Shown: piece by piece, positions 25,365 to 35,036 of the stretch
How positions within the stretch are numbered: the first letter of the stretch is position 1
Layout of the letters: each line of letters opens with the position of its first letter
Virus record (IMG/VR): IMGVR_UViG_3300036939_000074
Direction: 5' to 3' (one strand)
DNA from: a virus
DNA: 64,000 nucleotides
Notes under the pieces: model-generated
The model's database searches: none
What the model saw: only the letters and a program-made list of their open reading frames with translations
What the model was told of the DNA's origin: nothing
Position numbers and translations under genes: made by a program

Positions 25365-26672
25365 TTATGTAAATGGGACTAAATGGTGGGAGTCCTTGAA
25401 GAGTTCGCACATTGAAAGCGGCAGCTGAATACTCATATCAAACACAGCTCGTTCTTTCTGAATTTCTTCATCAAGGGCGAGTAAGGCATTGTAGGTTTCG
25501 CCTTTGGGTGACTCGGTTGCTTCGGCAATTAGGGTGAGTTCAGACTCGGTTGTCCAGTAGCTATAATCCAATCGTCCAATAGGCGCTGGCTCTACGAGGT
25601 AAATCCATCCTGTAATACCGTGTGTGTATTCGGCGTCATGAATGGCTTCCCACCTCACACCGTAATCTTCGCCATCTTGAAAGTAGAGTAGGCAACGGTA
25701 AGTTTCCAATCGCCCATCTAAGTACATAAAGTCGCGGATTATCACCTCTTCTTCTAATGCAGAGGAAATCTCTTCCGCGTCAAGAAATTCAACGTCATCT
25801 TCATTAGAATCTTCGGATGAATATTCAATTGGTTCGTCTTCCGGTTCAATGGGAGTAACAGCCCAATCATTAGCCGAGAATAAGGGAGCTAGTTCTTCTT
25901 TCTCAATGGACGGGTCAGAATGAGCGATTAAATTTTCAACACCTTGTGCAAAACTGTCCCAGTTTGTAAGGTTGTGCCCCCAGTAGCCCTCCCTTTGTGC
26001 CTCTAGGGACTCTTCGTAAATGGGAGATGCTTTGAGGATAGCCTCAGGCAACCAGGCGACATAGCTGCCGTCTATCTCATGAACCCGGTAATAATATCCG
26101 GGGAAAAAATCAAGGGAGTAAAAGAGTTCTCTGACAGAGTTGGCATGAGTTTTTAGCTCTAGAAAGGTACTAAAACTCTCAATACCTTCAATCATTCCTC
26201 GGTCTCGAAATAAAACGTAGTTGCCAGGTGTAACCGGGGAATGAATTTCAAACTCTACCGAATCATTGATTTTAAATTCTGGTGCGTATCGCCCCAAGAT
26301 TAAACCAATGTTTTCTAGCCCTTGACGGGAATCTAAGTCACGACGAAAGCGCACTCCGTCTTCTTGAGGAACGAGCAAGCCTTCATCAACCCAAGCGAGG
26401 ACATACTCTTGGTGACCGACAGACTTAGGTAGGAGATGAATTTGGTAAATGTAGCGCCGAGTTCCAATGGCGCTGTTGACGAAAATTAAAGCGGTGCCCG
26501 ATGCCGCCTCACCCGATTCATTGAACTCTTCGGGTGTGGCATGAGCAACGGCAAGAACCTTGCCTCTGAACTCGCAGTTATCGCCCCAATAAACTTCACT
26601 TCTAATCGAGTAGGACGGGCGTAGTGCGGGTTCGAGGTGTGAAAATTGAAAATTAGCAGTATGCACTAACAT
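25365..26672 (-). CDS. Acidic hypothetical protein
   Basis: 435-aa ORF abutting its neighbours. Confidence 0.65.
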   Translation of the reverse strand: MLVHTANFQFSHLEPALRPSYSIRSEVYWGDNCEFRGKVLAVAHATPEEFNESGEAASGTALIFVNSAIGTRRYIYQIHLLPKSVGHQEYVLAWVDEGLLVPQEDGVRFRRDLDSRQGLENIGLILGRYAPEFKINDSVEFEIHSPVTPGNYVLFRDRGMIEGIESFSTFLELKTHANSVRELFYSLDFFPGYYYRVHEIDGSYVAWLPEAILKASPIYEESLEAQREGYWGHNLTNWDSFAQGVENLIAHSDPSIEKEELAPLFSANDWAVTPIEPEDEPIEYSSEDSNEDDVEFLDAEEISSALEEEVIIRDFMYLDGRLETYRCLLYFQDGEDYGVRWEAIHDAEYTHGITGWIYLVEPAPIGRLDYSYWTTESELTLIAEATESPKGETYNALLALDEEIQKERAVFDMSIQLPLSMCELFKDSHHLVPFT

Positions 26673-26675
26673 GGA

Positions 26676-27176
26676 TTACTCTCCTGATGGCAACTGCGGA
26701 CGCTTGGGTAACGTCAGTTCTGGGTCTTTAGCGATCGCGTTTTCATCTTGTTCGCGACGAGCTTGAGCTAGGCGTTCTTTGGCTTTTTCTTGCCAATACG
26801 CATTGGGCTGACGGGTTGGTGGTCTTCTTCTCGCCTCACCGATGGGTATCATCGGCCGAGTCGTCGTTTGTTCCGTTGGCTTGTCGTTGCTTTCGGTTCT
26901 GGGGCGGATGGGCACTGACTTAAATTCAAACGAAGTCGGTGCCGGGGGAGGGAATGAGGGGAAGGAAGGATATGTCGGGGGTGGGGGTGGAGTCGTCGTG
27001 GAGACACGAATTTTGTGACTCTCTTCTATTTCATTCGTCTTGGTCTCAAGGTGGCTTACTGCCTCTTCATGTCGAGATAGCAGTTGAGCCGACAGTTCAT
27101 TAAAGCGGATCAGCATTGCAAAGTGGACGAGTACAATGGATGCAACGGCTGTGAATTCAAAAAATCTAAATAGCAT
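26676..27176 (-). CDS. Membrane-anchored Pro-rich hypothetical protein
   Basis: Hydrophobic N-term, PPPP linker; likely start MLFR. Confidence 0.6.
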   Translation of the reverse strand: MLFRFFEFTAVASIVLVHFAMLIRFNELSAQLLSRHEEAVSHLETKTNEIEESHKIRVSTTTPPPPPTYPSFPSFPPPAPTSFEFKSVPIRPRTESNDKPTEQTTTRPMIPIGEARRRPPTRQPNAYWQEKAKERLAQARREQDENAIAKDPELTLPKRPQLPSGE

Positions 27177-27188
27177 AGTCGTGGTGTG

Positions 27189-27203
27189 GCGCACTAAGTG
27201 CGC
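27189..27203. repeat. Dispersed palindrome GCGCACTAAGTGCGC, copy 4
   Basis: Exact match between the 27176 start and the 27236 stop. Confidence 0.9.
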
Positions 27204-27235
27204 GGTGAGAAGTTTTGATAAGCCTGCACCGTGAC

Positions 27236-27805
27236 TTAAAAAGCGCGGCGAGTCAGGTAAGCAGCTAGCCAGAGGAAAAGGCTGTTAATTAGGGAGAATG
27301 AGGCGAGTAGGAGGTTGTTGGCTTGAAAACTGAACAGGAAAAAGAGCATAAACAGAAGCGAAAGGTTGGCAATGAACAGCCACTCATTCAACCCTTCTCT
27401 GTAGTTGCGCTCAATCCTCTCATCGATCTGGTTGATGAAGTCTCTGCCTGCTTCCTCTTCTTGTTGTTGTTGCTCAAGTAGCAGAAAAATGTTGTAAAGG
27501 GAACGGTCATCGGTGAAGAAGGTTTCGTAGAGCGACAAGGGATGAGGGCAGTAGGGAAGGCCACGGTCAGCTGTCCCATAGAACCAGGTACGAGCTTCAT
27601 GCTGATAGCGGAATTGATCAATGCCGCAAGTGAGACGGCAGTAGGGGGCATCATCTAGGGAGCAAGCGAAGGGTGTGGCTTCATGTCTTCCAGGATACCC
27701 AAAGCTTCGGTAAGCATCGGCTAGTGTAAGAGCCAAATTGTCTTTGTAGAGATACAAAAACCATTCCCAGGTATAGCCACTGGGACGCGCAGGATAGTTA
27801 TTCAT
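27236..27805 (-). CDS. Family C protein 1 (ACSLDDAPYCRL motif, C-terminal TM helices)
   Basis: Motif shared with 28385 and 28796. Confidence 0.7.
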   Translation of the reverse strand: MNNYPARPSGYTWEWFLYLYKDNLALTLADAYRSFGYPGRHEATPFACSLDDAPYCRLTCGIDQFRYQHEARTWFYGTADRGLPYCPHPLSLYETFFTDDRSLYNIFLLLEQQQQEEEAGRDFINQIDERIERNYREGLNEWLFIANLSLLFMLFFLFSFQANNLLLASFSLINSLFLWLAAYLTRRAF

Positions 27806-27855
27806 GTTGTTTAAAGATTTAGGGTGGGGTTAGAGATTGTGTTGCAAAGAAAGCG

Positions 27856-28341
27856 TTATGAGAGTGACTCTACTTCGATCATGTCGCCGACATCAAAACT
27901 GGGTTCATTCTCCGGATTGAGTAACCATTCAACTAAGGCTTGACGGGCTAATTTTCGCGATCGCTCACCGGCTATATGGTAGTCATCGTCCGATAATTCC
28001 CCTATTTTGGGTACGTCTACATATACTGCCACCTGACTCTCAAGGCCAACCATTACTTTGATTTGGGCGTTTTGTTCGGTTGCAGGATTGTTAGGTTGAG
28101 GTGGATGTGATGCTCTGGCTGAATTAATTAGGCTCCAAACTATTTCCGCCTCTGCGCCTGTGAACTCAAGTTTGCGGCCTGATGAGTAAAAAATCGTTAT
28201 CCCAGGCTTCCCCGCAATACTGGGGTAAAAGGCAACTTCCTCAACTTTATTGAGGTTGATATGGTGAACTGTTCCCTGTTGGTCTTTGAACTGAACCCAG
28301 TCCGGCGACTGAGTATTTTTCTCATTTGGGCTTGATTTCAT
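27856..28341 (-). CDS. Hypothetical protein
   Basis: 161-aa ORF with AAGGA upstream. Confidence 0.6.
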   Translation of the reverse strand: MKSSPNEKNTQSPDWVQFKDQQGTVHHINLNKVEEVAFYPSIAGKPGITIFYSSGRKLEFTGAEAEIVWSLINSARASHPPQPNNPATEQNAQIKVMVGLESQVAVYVDVPKIGELSDDDYHIAGERSRKLARQALVEWLLNPENEPSFDVGDMIEVESLS

Positions 28342-28384
28342 TTTTTCCTTAAATATTCAGTTGTCTTGCTGTTTTTCGCGTTGC

Positions 28385-28735
28385 TCAATCACTTGTCTCA
28401 TGCAGACTCTCACTGAGAAATGTTTCGTAAAGACAGTTTGGGTGAGGGAAGTGCAGGATGCAATTGGGAGCAACGCCATATCTTAGGGCACGGCTTTCAC
28501 TCTCAATCAGGTGCCGTTCTTCCAGGGTACAGGTGAGGCGGCAATAGGGAGCGTCACTCAGTGAGCAGGCTATATGGGTTGATTCAAATTTTTTGGGGCA
28601 GCCAAAGGCTCGGTGGGTAGAAACTAAGTTAAACCGCATGTTGCCTGGTTTTTGGACATAGAAAAAACGATCCCATTCCCATTGGATATCGAGAAACCAG
28701 TCCCATTCAACCATAAAATTGTAAATGTCGTTCAT
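28385..28735 (-). CDS. Family C protein 2
   Basis: ACSLSDAPYCRLTC...FPHP-CLYETF. Confidence 0.7.
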   Translation of the reverse strand: MNDIYNFMVEWDWFLDIQWEWDRFFYVQKPGNMRFNLVSTHRAFGCPKKFESTHIACSLSDAPYCRLTCTLEERHLIESESRALRYGVAPNCILHFPHPNCLYETFLSESLHETSD

Positions 28736-28795
28736 CTTACATCCGTAATAAAGGGTGAAGCCCCAGGGGTTTGAGTCCTAGGGCTTTTTTTTGGG

Positions 28796-29197
28796 TTACT
28801 GGATTTCTGAAAAATCGGACATGCCGGAGAATGCCAAGAGGTCACTTATACGTGACATTTCTAAAAGTGATATTTCACGGCACCGAGCAATAATGCGATC
28901 GCGTTCTGCTTGGAGGCGTGACTCGTACAGTTCAATCGCCGCAATGGTTTCCTCTTCATCCAACTGGCTGAAAAAGGCCGCGTTATACAGGCAAGTTGGG
29001 TGAGAGATAAACGTTGAGGCATCTCCAGGCATCGCACCATACAGTAAAGCCCAAGATTCGAGATTGATTAAATTGCGCTCATCAAGAGAGCAAGCAAGAC
29101 GGCTGTAGGGCGCGTCATCTAGAGAGCAGGCCAATGGGCTAGCCGGGTAGAGTCCGGGTTGTCCGTGCTGTTGGTAGAGGTAAGAAAAAATGTCCAT
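28796..29197 (-). CDS. Family C protein 3
   Basis: ACSLDDAPYSRLAC...SHP-CLYNA. Confidence 0.7.
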   Translation of the reverse strand: MDIFSYLYQQHGQPGLYPASPLACSLDDAPYSRLACSLDERNLINLESWALLYGAMPGDASTFISHPTCLYNAAFFSQLDEEETIAAIELYESRLQAERDRIIARCREISLLEMSRISDLLAFSGMSDFSEIQ

Positions 29198-29227
29198 GTT
29201 GTTTGTTAAAAATGGGTGGATGAATGC

Positions 29228-29824
29228 TTAAAGTCTCGACTCTAGGTTTGACAGAGCCGTTTCGATGCGCTCAATTTTGCGTAAGCCGCGTTCAGCTAGC
29301 GATCGCTCATAAGCACCGGCGAGGTCAGTGTTCATCAGGTAGCCGCATAGACCAAACATCAGAGCGCCACAGAAGAAGGCGGCAAAAATCCCCAATTCGA
29401 TATTGAGCGTATTGGCGAACTGGAAGTAGCGTCTTAGTGATTCGGCATCGTGCGGCTTGTCGAAGCCGAGGAACAGCTGTAGCGGAGTTGTGCCAAAATC
29501 AATAGTGAGATGCTCACTCCAGAATTTTGAAGCTGTCAGGTTGTGGGGGATGTGCAACAACCATAGTGGGCTGTGTAATGAAGTGTTGATCCAGAACCAG
29601 AGGTGATCTAAGAGGCCAGCGATTGCGTTAAACAACAGGATGGCTATACCCGCCAGGTTGAGCTTTAATGGCGTGGTCAGAAAGTTACTGGTTGTCAGGA
29701 TTTTTAAAAAATCTCCACGCTCAGTCATTTTTGCAATCAGGTCTATTGCATAGATGCCAGAGGCTGTGGTTCCCAGAAGCATAGCGCCTTTGAATAAGCG
29801 CTGGATTCGTTTAAGTAGTTTCAT
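29228..29824 (-). CDS. Membrane protein
   Basis: Several hydrophobic segments; likely start MKLL; 13-bp inverted repeat upstream (29841-29868). Confidence 0.6.
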   Translation of the reverse strand: MKLLKRIQRLFKGAMLLGTTASGIYAIDLIAKMTERGDFLKILTTSNFLTTPLKLNLAGIAILLFNAIAGLLDHLWFWINTSLHSPLWLLHIPHNLTASKFWSEHLTIDFGTTPLQLFLGFDKPHDAESLRRYFQFANTLNIELGIFAAFFCGALMFGLCGYLMNTDLAGAYERSLAERGLRKIERIETALSNLESRL

Positions 29825-29913
29825 GGCAAATTTGTAGCTAGTAGCTGCTAGCACCTGCTAGCAGCTACGTGGATGTGTGCAATTAAAGTGAGGAGAAATT
29901 GCACGAATGAGAA

Positions 29914-30732
29914 TTACTTGATCGGAATGATTTGAACAATGAAGTCACGACCGTAGCGCATCTTTTTCTCAGTTTGTAGATTCTCGATGAATGCTGCGTC
30001 GGCTTCGTACTCTACTTCTATCTTGGGGTCTTGAGGATTGCTAGTATTTGTGAAGAAGTAAACCAAGTACTTGCGACGTGGGTCCGGCTTAAAGTATTCG
30101 TTTTGCGGGTCAAACCCAGTGGTGTTGACCGTGGCTGCGCCAACTGTGGTGTAAGTTCCACTCGCGTCTTTCTTTTGAGGCTCAGTTTTCACGGTGCTGC
30201 TGGTTTTTGTGGCACCATCAGACAAGTTGTAAAAGAAGTTATCGACGTTCTTGTTCTCTGTGGCAATCGTACCAACTGCATATTGCGTCACTTCCAGAGA
30301 TAATCCCGCATTACGGCGAAATTCTTCAATTAATACCATCAAACGCTTCTTGTACTCTTTCGCTTCACGGTTGGTGATATCTTCAAAAGCGTTGTAAATG
30401 GCATCTGGGTTGCGATATTCAGCAGAGAAAGAAGCCATCGTTTTTGCTACGCCTTCCCAGCCTGAGAGGAATTTCTCAATCCGACGATGCCGAGCTTTTT
30501 CCCGGTCGAGTTGGTCGCCGATGCGTTGTGCCCATGCTTTGATGGGACGCAAGGATTTGACCTTGAGTAAGCGGCGGGTAGACCAGCGCCATGCCCAGAC
30601 GGACAGGCCGATAAATGCAATGATTCCGAAAATTGAGGCGACGGTGCCAAAGGGAAAGCGGTCAAGCGCCGTGATGAATGACGGGCTTTCCGATTGCACG
30701 ACATACGCCCCAGCTAATACTGGTAATGTCAT
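29914..30732 (-). CDS. Single-TM hypothetical protein
   Basis: TM at residues about 28-48, then a helical/beta domain. Confidence 0.65.
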   Translation of the reverse strand: MTLPVLAGAYVVQSESPSFITALDRFPFGTVASIFGIIAFIGLSVWAWRWSTRRLLKVKSLRPIKAWAQRIGDQLDREKARHRRIEKFLSGWEGVAKTMASFSAEYRNPDAIYNAFEDITNREAKEYKKRLMVLIEEFRRNAGLSLEVTQYAVGTIATENKNVDNFFYNLSDGATKTSSTVKTEPQKKDASGTYTTVGAATVNTTGFDPQNEYFKPDPRRKYLVYFFTNTSNPQDPKIEVEYEADAAFIENLQTEKKMRYGRDFIVQIIPIK

Positions 30733-30806
30733 TGGTTTTATGAAAAATTGTTAATTTTTGATGATTGCAGAGATGTAGGGGGTCTGCAAATACTAGATGA
30801 ATCACT

Positions 30807-30835
30807 ATTGTATATCAGACATTTTAGCTTGTCAA
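30807..30835 (-). promoter_or_regulatory. Near-consensus sigma70 promoter
   Basis: TTGACA-17-TACAAT. Confidence 0.75.
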
Positions 30836-30839
30836 CTAT

Positions 30840-30887
30840 TATTTGCAAACATATTGATGCATGTATTTGCAAACATATTGATGCATG
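30840..30887. repeat. 24-bp perfect direct repeat x2
   Basis: tatttgcaaacatattgatgcatg twice, in a divergent intergenic region. Confidence 0.9.
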
Positions 30888-30945
30888 GATGCAAAAAGGG
30901 TCAGGGACGGTTAGATTTTTCTAGAATGGCAAAAAGAGGATTGGT

Positions 30946-31398
30946 ATGAACAATATAATTCAGTTGCCCTTGATGACTGCCCAGCCTGTTGAAATCAACG
31001 GGGCGATGGTGATGGCGGCGGCGATCGTCCAGCAAACCAGATTCTACCAACAGTCACAACCTGAGAGTTCAATTTTGCTGGCAAAGGAGTGCCCAGGGGA
31101 TTCGACTAGGCCAGCGACCGTTCTGGGAGTATGCCAAGAGGTATTCGTTGATGCAATTACGATACAATCACTATTTCATTGGAAGCTCCCGGTGAAGAAA
31201 AAGTGGCAACTGGTAGGGCAGGAGGCGCTGATTGCAAACATCCGAGTTCGCAGTCCAATTTTATTTGGAGTTTTTTCTACAGGGATTTACAGCGGGGATG
31301 ATGCTTTCAAGTACAGCATCCGAAATATTATGCTCGCCATGGACGGTAGTAGTGAGTATTTCCCCGGCGCAGAGTTGCCGATCACGCTGGTACGATAA
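30946..31398 (+). CDS. Hypothetical protein
   Basis: 150-aa ORF with AGAGGA upstream. Confidence 0.6.
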   Translation: MNNIIQLPLMTAQPVEINGAMVMAAAIVQQTRFYQQSQPESSILLAKECPGDSTRPATVLGVCQEVFVDAITIQSLFHWKLPVKKKWQLVGQEALIANIRVRSPILFGVFSTGIYSGDDAFKYSIRNIMLAMDGSSEYFPGAELPITLVR

Positions 31399-31435
31399 AG
31401 TTTCTTGATATGGGTGCGTGATTCGGAGTTGAAGT

Positions 31436-31810
31436 ATGAAATTTCACAAAACAGCATCGGACATGAATTTTCTCTATGGTCGGTGGCTGTCGGAAAACGG
31501 CGTTTGGGAAATTGGGTTTTGTCCGTATGCTTTTGGTGTGCGGGTGCGGCTGGGGTTAGTGGACAGTGGTTTTGTTAACTTGGATTATTGTGCTGGGAAA
31601 GAGATCGTAGTTGCCAGCGCCGTATGGGTGACTGTCACCAAAATATTGGAAGCGCTGCCAGAATCGACAACTGGGGAACAAATTGAGTGTTTGTTCCCCG
31701 GCTACGAAATTAAGCCCATCATTCGCGACCCGTTCTGCTGGCCGAGACTCCAGGAGTTGGCAAGCCTATCCCCAGAAGAAATTAGGGCGCTGGTTGCGGC
31801 TAGGGTGTAG
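31436..31810 (+). CDS. Hypothetical protein
   Basis: 124-aa ORF with GGAG upstream. Confidence 0.6.
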   Translation: MKFHKTASDMNFLYGRWLSENGVWEIGFCPYAFGVRVRLGLVDSGFVNLDYCAGKEIVVASAVWVTVTKILEALPESTTGEQIECLFPGYEIKPIIRDPFCWPRLQELASLSPEEIRALVAARV

Positions 31811-31849
31811 TGATTTTGGTAAGAGATGGGAACATTACGGCAGCCGTCG

Positions 31850-31878
31850 GCGCACTAAGTGCGCGAGACTAAGTGCGC
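31850..31878. repeat. Dispersed palindrome copy 5 plus a partial tandem copy
   Basis: gcgcactaagtgcgc-gag-actaagtgcgc between convergent genes. Confidence 0.9.
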
Positions 31879-32832
31879 CTATTCGGCACTTGCACCTTGC
31901 CGCTTATCCTTAATCAAGCCCTCATAGAGCAAGCCCAGGCCGATTATGGCGCATTCCTTAATCTTGCCTTCCATGCCCAGCTGCTGAAGTTTGTCTTCGG
32001 GTTCTAATGACAATCTCAACTCTATAGAGCGATTAGGGGATTCCTCGGTTTTTTGGGAATACGCTTCAATTTTATGAAGAATGCTCTTGTCCTCTCTGTA
32101 GAAATAGATGTAGCTAATTGCTGATTCCAGCAGAGTTTTTATGGATATTCCCAGAGCTTCTGCCAGCTCGTTGATCATTTTTTGTTCAGAAGGCGTGAAT
32201 TCTAGGGTAGTCTTTGACTTTCGTGTGGCTTCTTCATCTTCTTCGGCTTGACGAATTGCCTCTTCAATAGATAGCTCGAGTTGAAAATCCTGGGATTGAG
32301 TATCTAATCCTTGAGGAGAGTTCTCCTCGTCCAAGGCGAAACGCTCATCGTTGTGGTAGAACCAGTCTGTGGAAAAAATGATGTCCTCATGCAGTAGACT
32401 ATTCTGCCAGCGGAAATGACCCAAACCACTAATCTCAAGATAAGAACCAGCGGTGCGACGGAGACGTTGCTCCATGATTTCTTCAGGAAGTGTTGCTCCA
32501 ATAATTTCAATATGCCCCAAATCTCCGTCTGCTTCAGCTTCGTCGAACTCAAGTAAGTCGATAAACTTCTCAAGCGTCTCTCGTTTAAAATAACTTAGGC
32601 GATCTGGGTCATGATAGGTGTGTCCCCGAAAAATAGGCTTGAACTTGGGTTTCCCAGCCTGATCATACTTATCAAGAGCTAATTTATGATCAGAGATGGA
32701 AGATGCGATCGCGTCTTTGAGGTCTTTCAGGAACTCAGGTGTTAATTCAAAAGTGGCAAATTCGTAAGTGTTGCCCTCTAACTCCCACTCATCGGGAGCA
32801 TAGCAGCGGTTGCGAATAATTGCAGTCTTCAT
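31879..32832 (-). CDS. Mosaic protein A (domain X plus RHH-like C-terminus)
   Basis: N-term shared with 32853; C-term FTPSEQKMINELAEALGISIKTLLESAI resembles ribbon-helix-helix. Confidence 0.6.
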   Translation of the reverse strand: MKTAIIRNRCYAPDEWELEGNTYEFATFELTPEFLKDLKDAIASSISDHKLALDKYDQAGKPKFKPIFRGHTYHDPDRLSYFKRETLEKFIDLLEFDEAEADGDLGHIEIIGATLPEEIMEQRLRRTAGSYLEISGLGHFRWQNSLLHEDIIFSTDWFYHNDERFALDEENSPQGLDTQSQDFQLELSIEEAIRQAEEDEEATRKSKTTLEFTPSEQKMINELAEALGISIKTLLESAISYIYFYREDKSILHKIEAYSQKTEESPNRSIELRLSLEPEDKLQQLGMEGKIKECAIIGLGLLYEGLIKDKRQGASAE

Positions 32833-32852
32833 GGATTGTATGTGTCGTAGGT

Positions 32853-33644
32853 TTAGTTTCTGAGCCAGTCAAGGGTGCTTTCTAGCTTCTTGCGGGTATC
32901 CTTGCGGATAGAAGATGAAGCAAGCTTGCTACAAATTGCGTCTTGGATGCTTGCATTGAGATAGCGTCGTTGTCCCGCTGACTTGGTGAAGGACAACCCG
33001 CGAGTCAATTCTTTGGCTAACTTATCTGAAAGCCTGCCGTTTTGGACTAAGTCTGTCAGGGTTAGGAAGTCTGATGCTGGACGTTCTGAAGCTTCCGGCG
33101 CTGCCGTCGGCTCCGAGATCTGAGTTAGGGAGTGTGTTGGGGAAGAGTTCTCTTCATCCAGGATTAAGCGTTTGTTGTCGCGATAAATCCAGTCTGTAAA
33201 AAGAGTAGCGTTTCCATAAGTTGGCCTGTTGTGCCAACGAAAATTATCAAAACAACCCGTCTCAAGGTAGGCACCCATCGTGTACAGACATTCCTCCCTA
33301 ATTTCTTCGGGTAATGTCCCTTCAAAAATTAGGATGTGGCCTGAATCTTCAGCTTCGTCGAACTCCCGTAAGTCGATAATTTTTTGAAGCGTCTTTCGGT
33401 TGAAATAAGTTAGGCGGCATGGGTCTTGATAGATGTGCCCCCGAAGGATAGGTTTAGTTCTGGGGCTTCCAATTCTATGATATTCAGCTAAAGCAAGGTT
33501 GCTCTCAGAAGCGGAAAGCGCAAGCGCCTCATCGATGTCTTGGAAGAATTCAGGTGTTAATTCAAAAGCGGCGAAGTCATAAGTATCGTCTAACTTCAAC
33601 CGATATGGATCATAGGAGTGATTACGAATAATTGCAGTCTTCAT
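32853..33644 (-). CDS. Mosaic protein B (domain X plus domain Z)
   Basis: MKTAIIRN N-term as in 31879; LAKELTRGLSFTKSAG C-term as in 33664. Confidence 0.7.
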   Translation of the reverse strand: MKTAIIRNHSYDPYRLKLDDTYDFAAFELTPEFFQDIDEALALSASESNLALAEYHRIGSPRTKPILRGHIYQDPCRLTYFNRKTLQKIIDLREFDEAEDSGHILIFEGTLPEEIREECLYTMGAYLETGCFDNFRWHNRPTYGNATLFTDWIYRDNKRLILDEENSSPTHSLTQISEPTAAPEASERPASDFLTLTDLVQNGRLSDKLAKELTRGLSFTKSAGQRRYLNASIQDAICSKLASSSIRKDTRKKLESTLDWLRN

Positions 33645-33663
33645 GGCTTGTATGTGTCGTAGT

Positions 33664-34821
33664 TTAGTCTCTGAGCCAATTCAGCGTTTCGTTTAGTTTT
33701 TCGCGGGTTTCTTTGCGGATGAATGCTGAGCAAAGCTTGTTGTGAATTGCGTTTTGGATGTCTGCTTTGAGATAACGTCGTCGTCCACCCGCTGACTTGG
33801 TGAAGGACAGTCCGCGAGTCAGTTCTTTGGCCAAGCTGTCTGAGAGCTTACCTTGATAAGTTAAGTCGCTTTGAGTTAGAGTTTTTTCAGCTTTAGCTTC
33901 TGAAGATTTCGTTTCTGTTTCTGTCAGTTTATCCATCCAGCCGAGGCGGTTCAGGAGCTGTTCGAGTGTGTAGGCGAGTCCGTTTAATTGCAGGCGGATA
34001 GTTGCGTCATAAGTGGGGCTTGACGCCAACGCTCTGGTCATTAGTCGCAGTTCCTTTAAGTCATAGAACAGTCTGCCCTCTTTTGACAAGGTAAGGCTAC
34101 CGCTAGCTTTAATGAAGTGCTTTAGAGCAATAATGGTCTGAGTGTCTAAATTGAACCAAAGCCTGAGACCAAATTCGGGGAAGGGATACTTTTTATCTAA
34201 TAGCGCTTTGTGTTCATCCGAGAGTAGGTCGAACCCTAACAGTTTTGCAATCGTGTCGATGCTTGGATTGTACTCCAGCTTCTGAGCAATGATGTAATCC
34301 TCTAACTGGGCAAGCAACTCTTCTTGGGTTAAAGATGCTGCGGTTGAAAATGTTTTCTCAAGCTCTGTAGTTTTAGTCTTGGCTTTTGATTTAGGCGCGG
34401 GATAGCGGTCGTTGAGATATTCAAATTCCTTATGAGCAAACAGAGCCAAGGCCCACTGTCTAGCTTCAGGAGAATCAGGCTCGCTCATGATTCGATAGCT
34501 TTCTTCGCCCTTGATTTTGATACAGAGAAACTTCTTGCAGGCTTGCTTGATTTCTAGGTCTTCAATCATCTCGTCAATCAGCTCATCGTTCTGCTCAAAG
34601 TCAAACTTAAAGTGATGAGCTGCAATTAGTTTGGCTAGGTGTTCGTTGAATAATTTTTCGGCTTCGTCATTGAGCCAGAGCCACTCGTAAGAGCCGCCAG
34701 TGCCGGCACTGGAAATAATGGCAGCGTGTTTTTTATTGATGTACAGGTTGAGTTGGAAGCGTAGAGTATCCTCTCTCCCTGCCATTTTGAGGTTCTTAAT
34801 TTCTAATTTTAAATCTTTCAT
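33664..34821 (-). CDS. Mosaic protein C (domain W plus domain Z)
   Basis: Last about 70 aa similar to the C-term of 32853. Confidence 0.7.
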   Translation of the reverse strand: MKDLKLEIKNLKMAGREDTLRFQLNLYINKKHAAIISSAGTGGSYEWLWLNDEAEKLFNEHLAKLIAAHHFKFDFEQNDELIDEMIEDLEIKQACKKFLCIKIKGEESYRIMSEPDSPEARQWALALFAHKEFEYLNDRYPAPKSKAKTKTTELEKTFSTAASLTQEELLAQLEDYIIAQKLEYNPSIDTIAKLLGFDLLSDEHKALLDKKYPFPEFGLRLWFNLDTQTIIALKHFIKASGSLTLSKEGRLFYDLKELRLMTRALASSPTYDATIRLQLNGLAYTLEQLLNRLGWMDKLTETETKSSEAKAEKTLTQSDLTYQGKLSDSLAKELTRGLSFTKSAGGRRRYLKADIQNAIHNKLCSAFIRKETREKLNETLNWLRD

Positions 34822-34875
34822 TTCTTAAAAAAATTCCCTTCGTCCGTGGGAATTTGTGTTCTTTTATATGTCTTT

Positions 34876-34905
34876 ATTTTAACATAAACAAAGCTTATCT
34901 ATCAA
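34876..34905 (-). promoter_or_regulatory. sigma70-like promoter
   Basis: TTGATA-18-TAAAAT; similar to 36669-36698. Confidence 0.5.
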
Positions 34906-34943
34906 TAGCTGATCGTGTGTTTTGGGATATATTTTTACAAACA

Positions 34944-34992
34944 AAATAGGCAACCTAGAGTTGATATAGAGTCAATTCTGGGTTGCCTATTT
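34944..34992. terminator. Hairpin / terminator
   Basis: aaataggcaacc...ggttgcctattt arms with a paired interior. Confidence 0.6.
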
Positions 34993-35036
34993 GTTATGAA
35001 GAAGGAGTTAGCTTAGTGCTTTGTTCGAGAGTTTAT

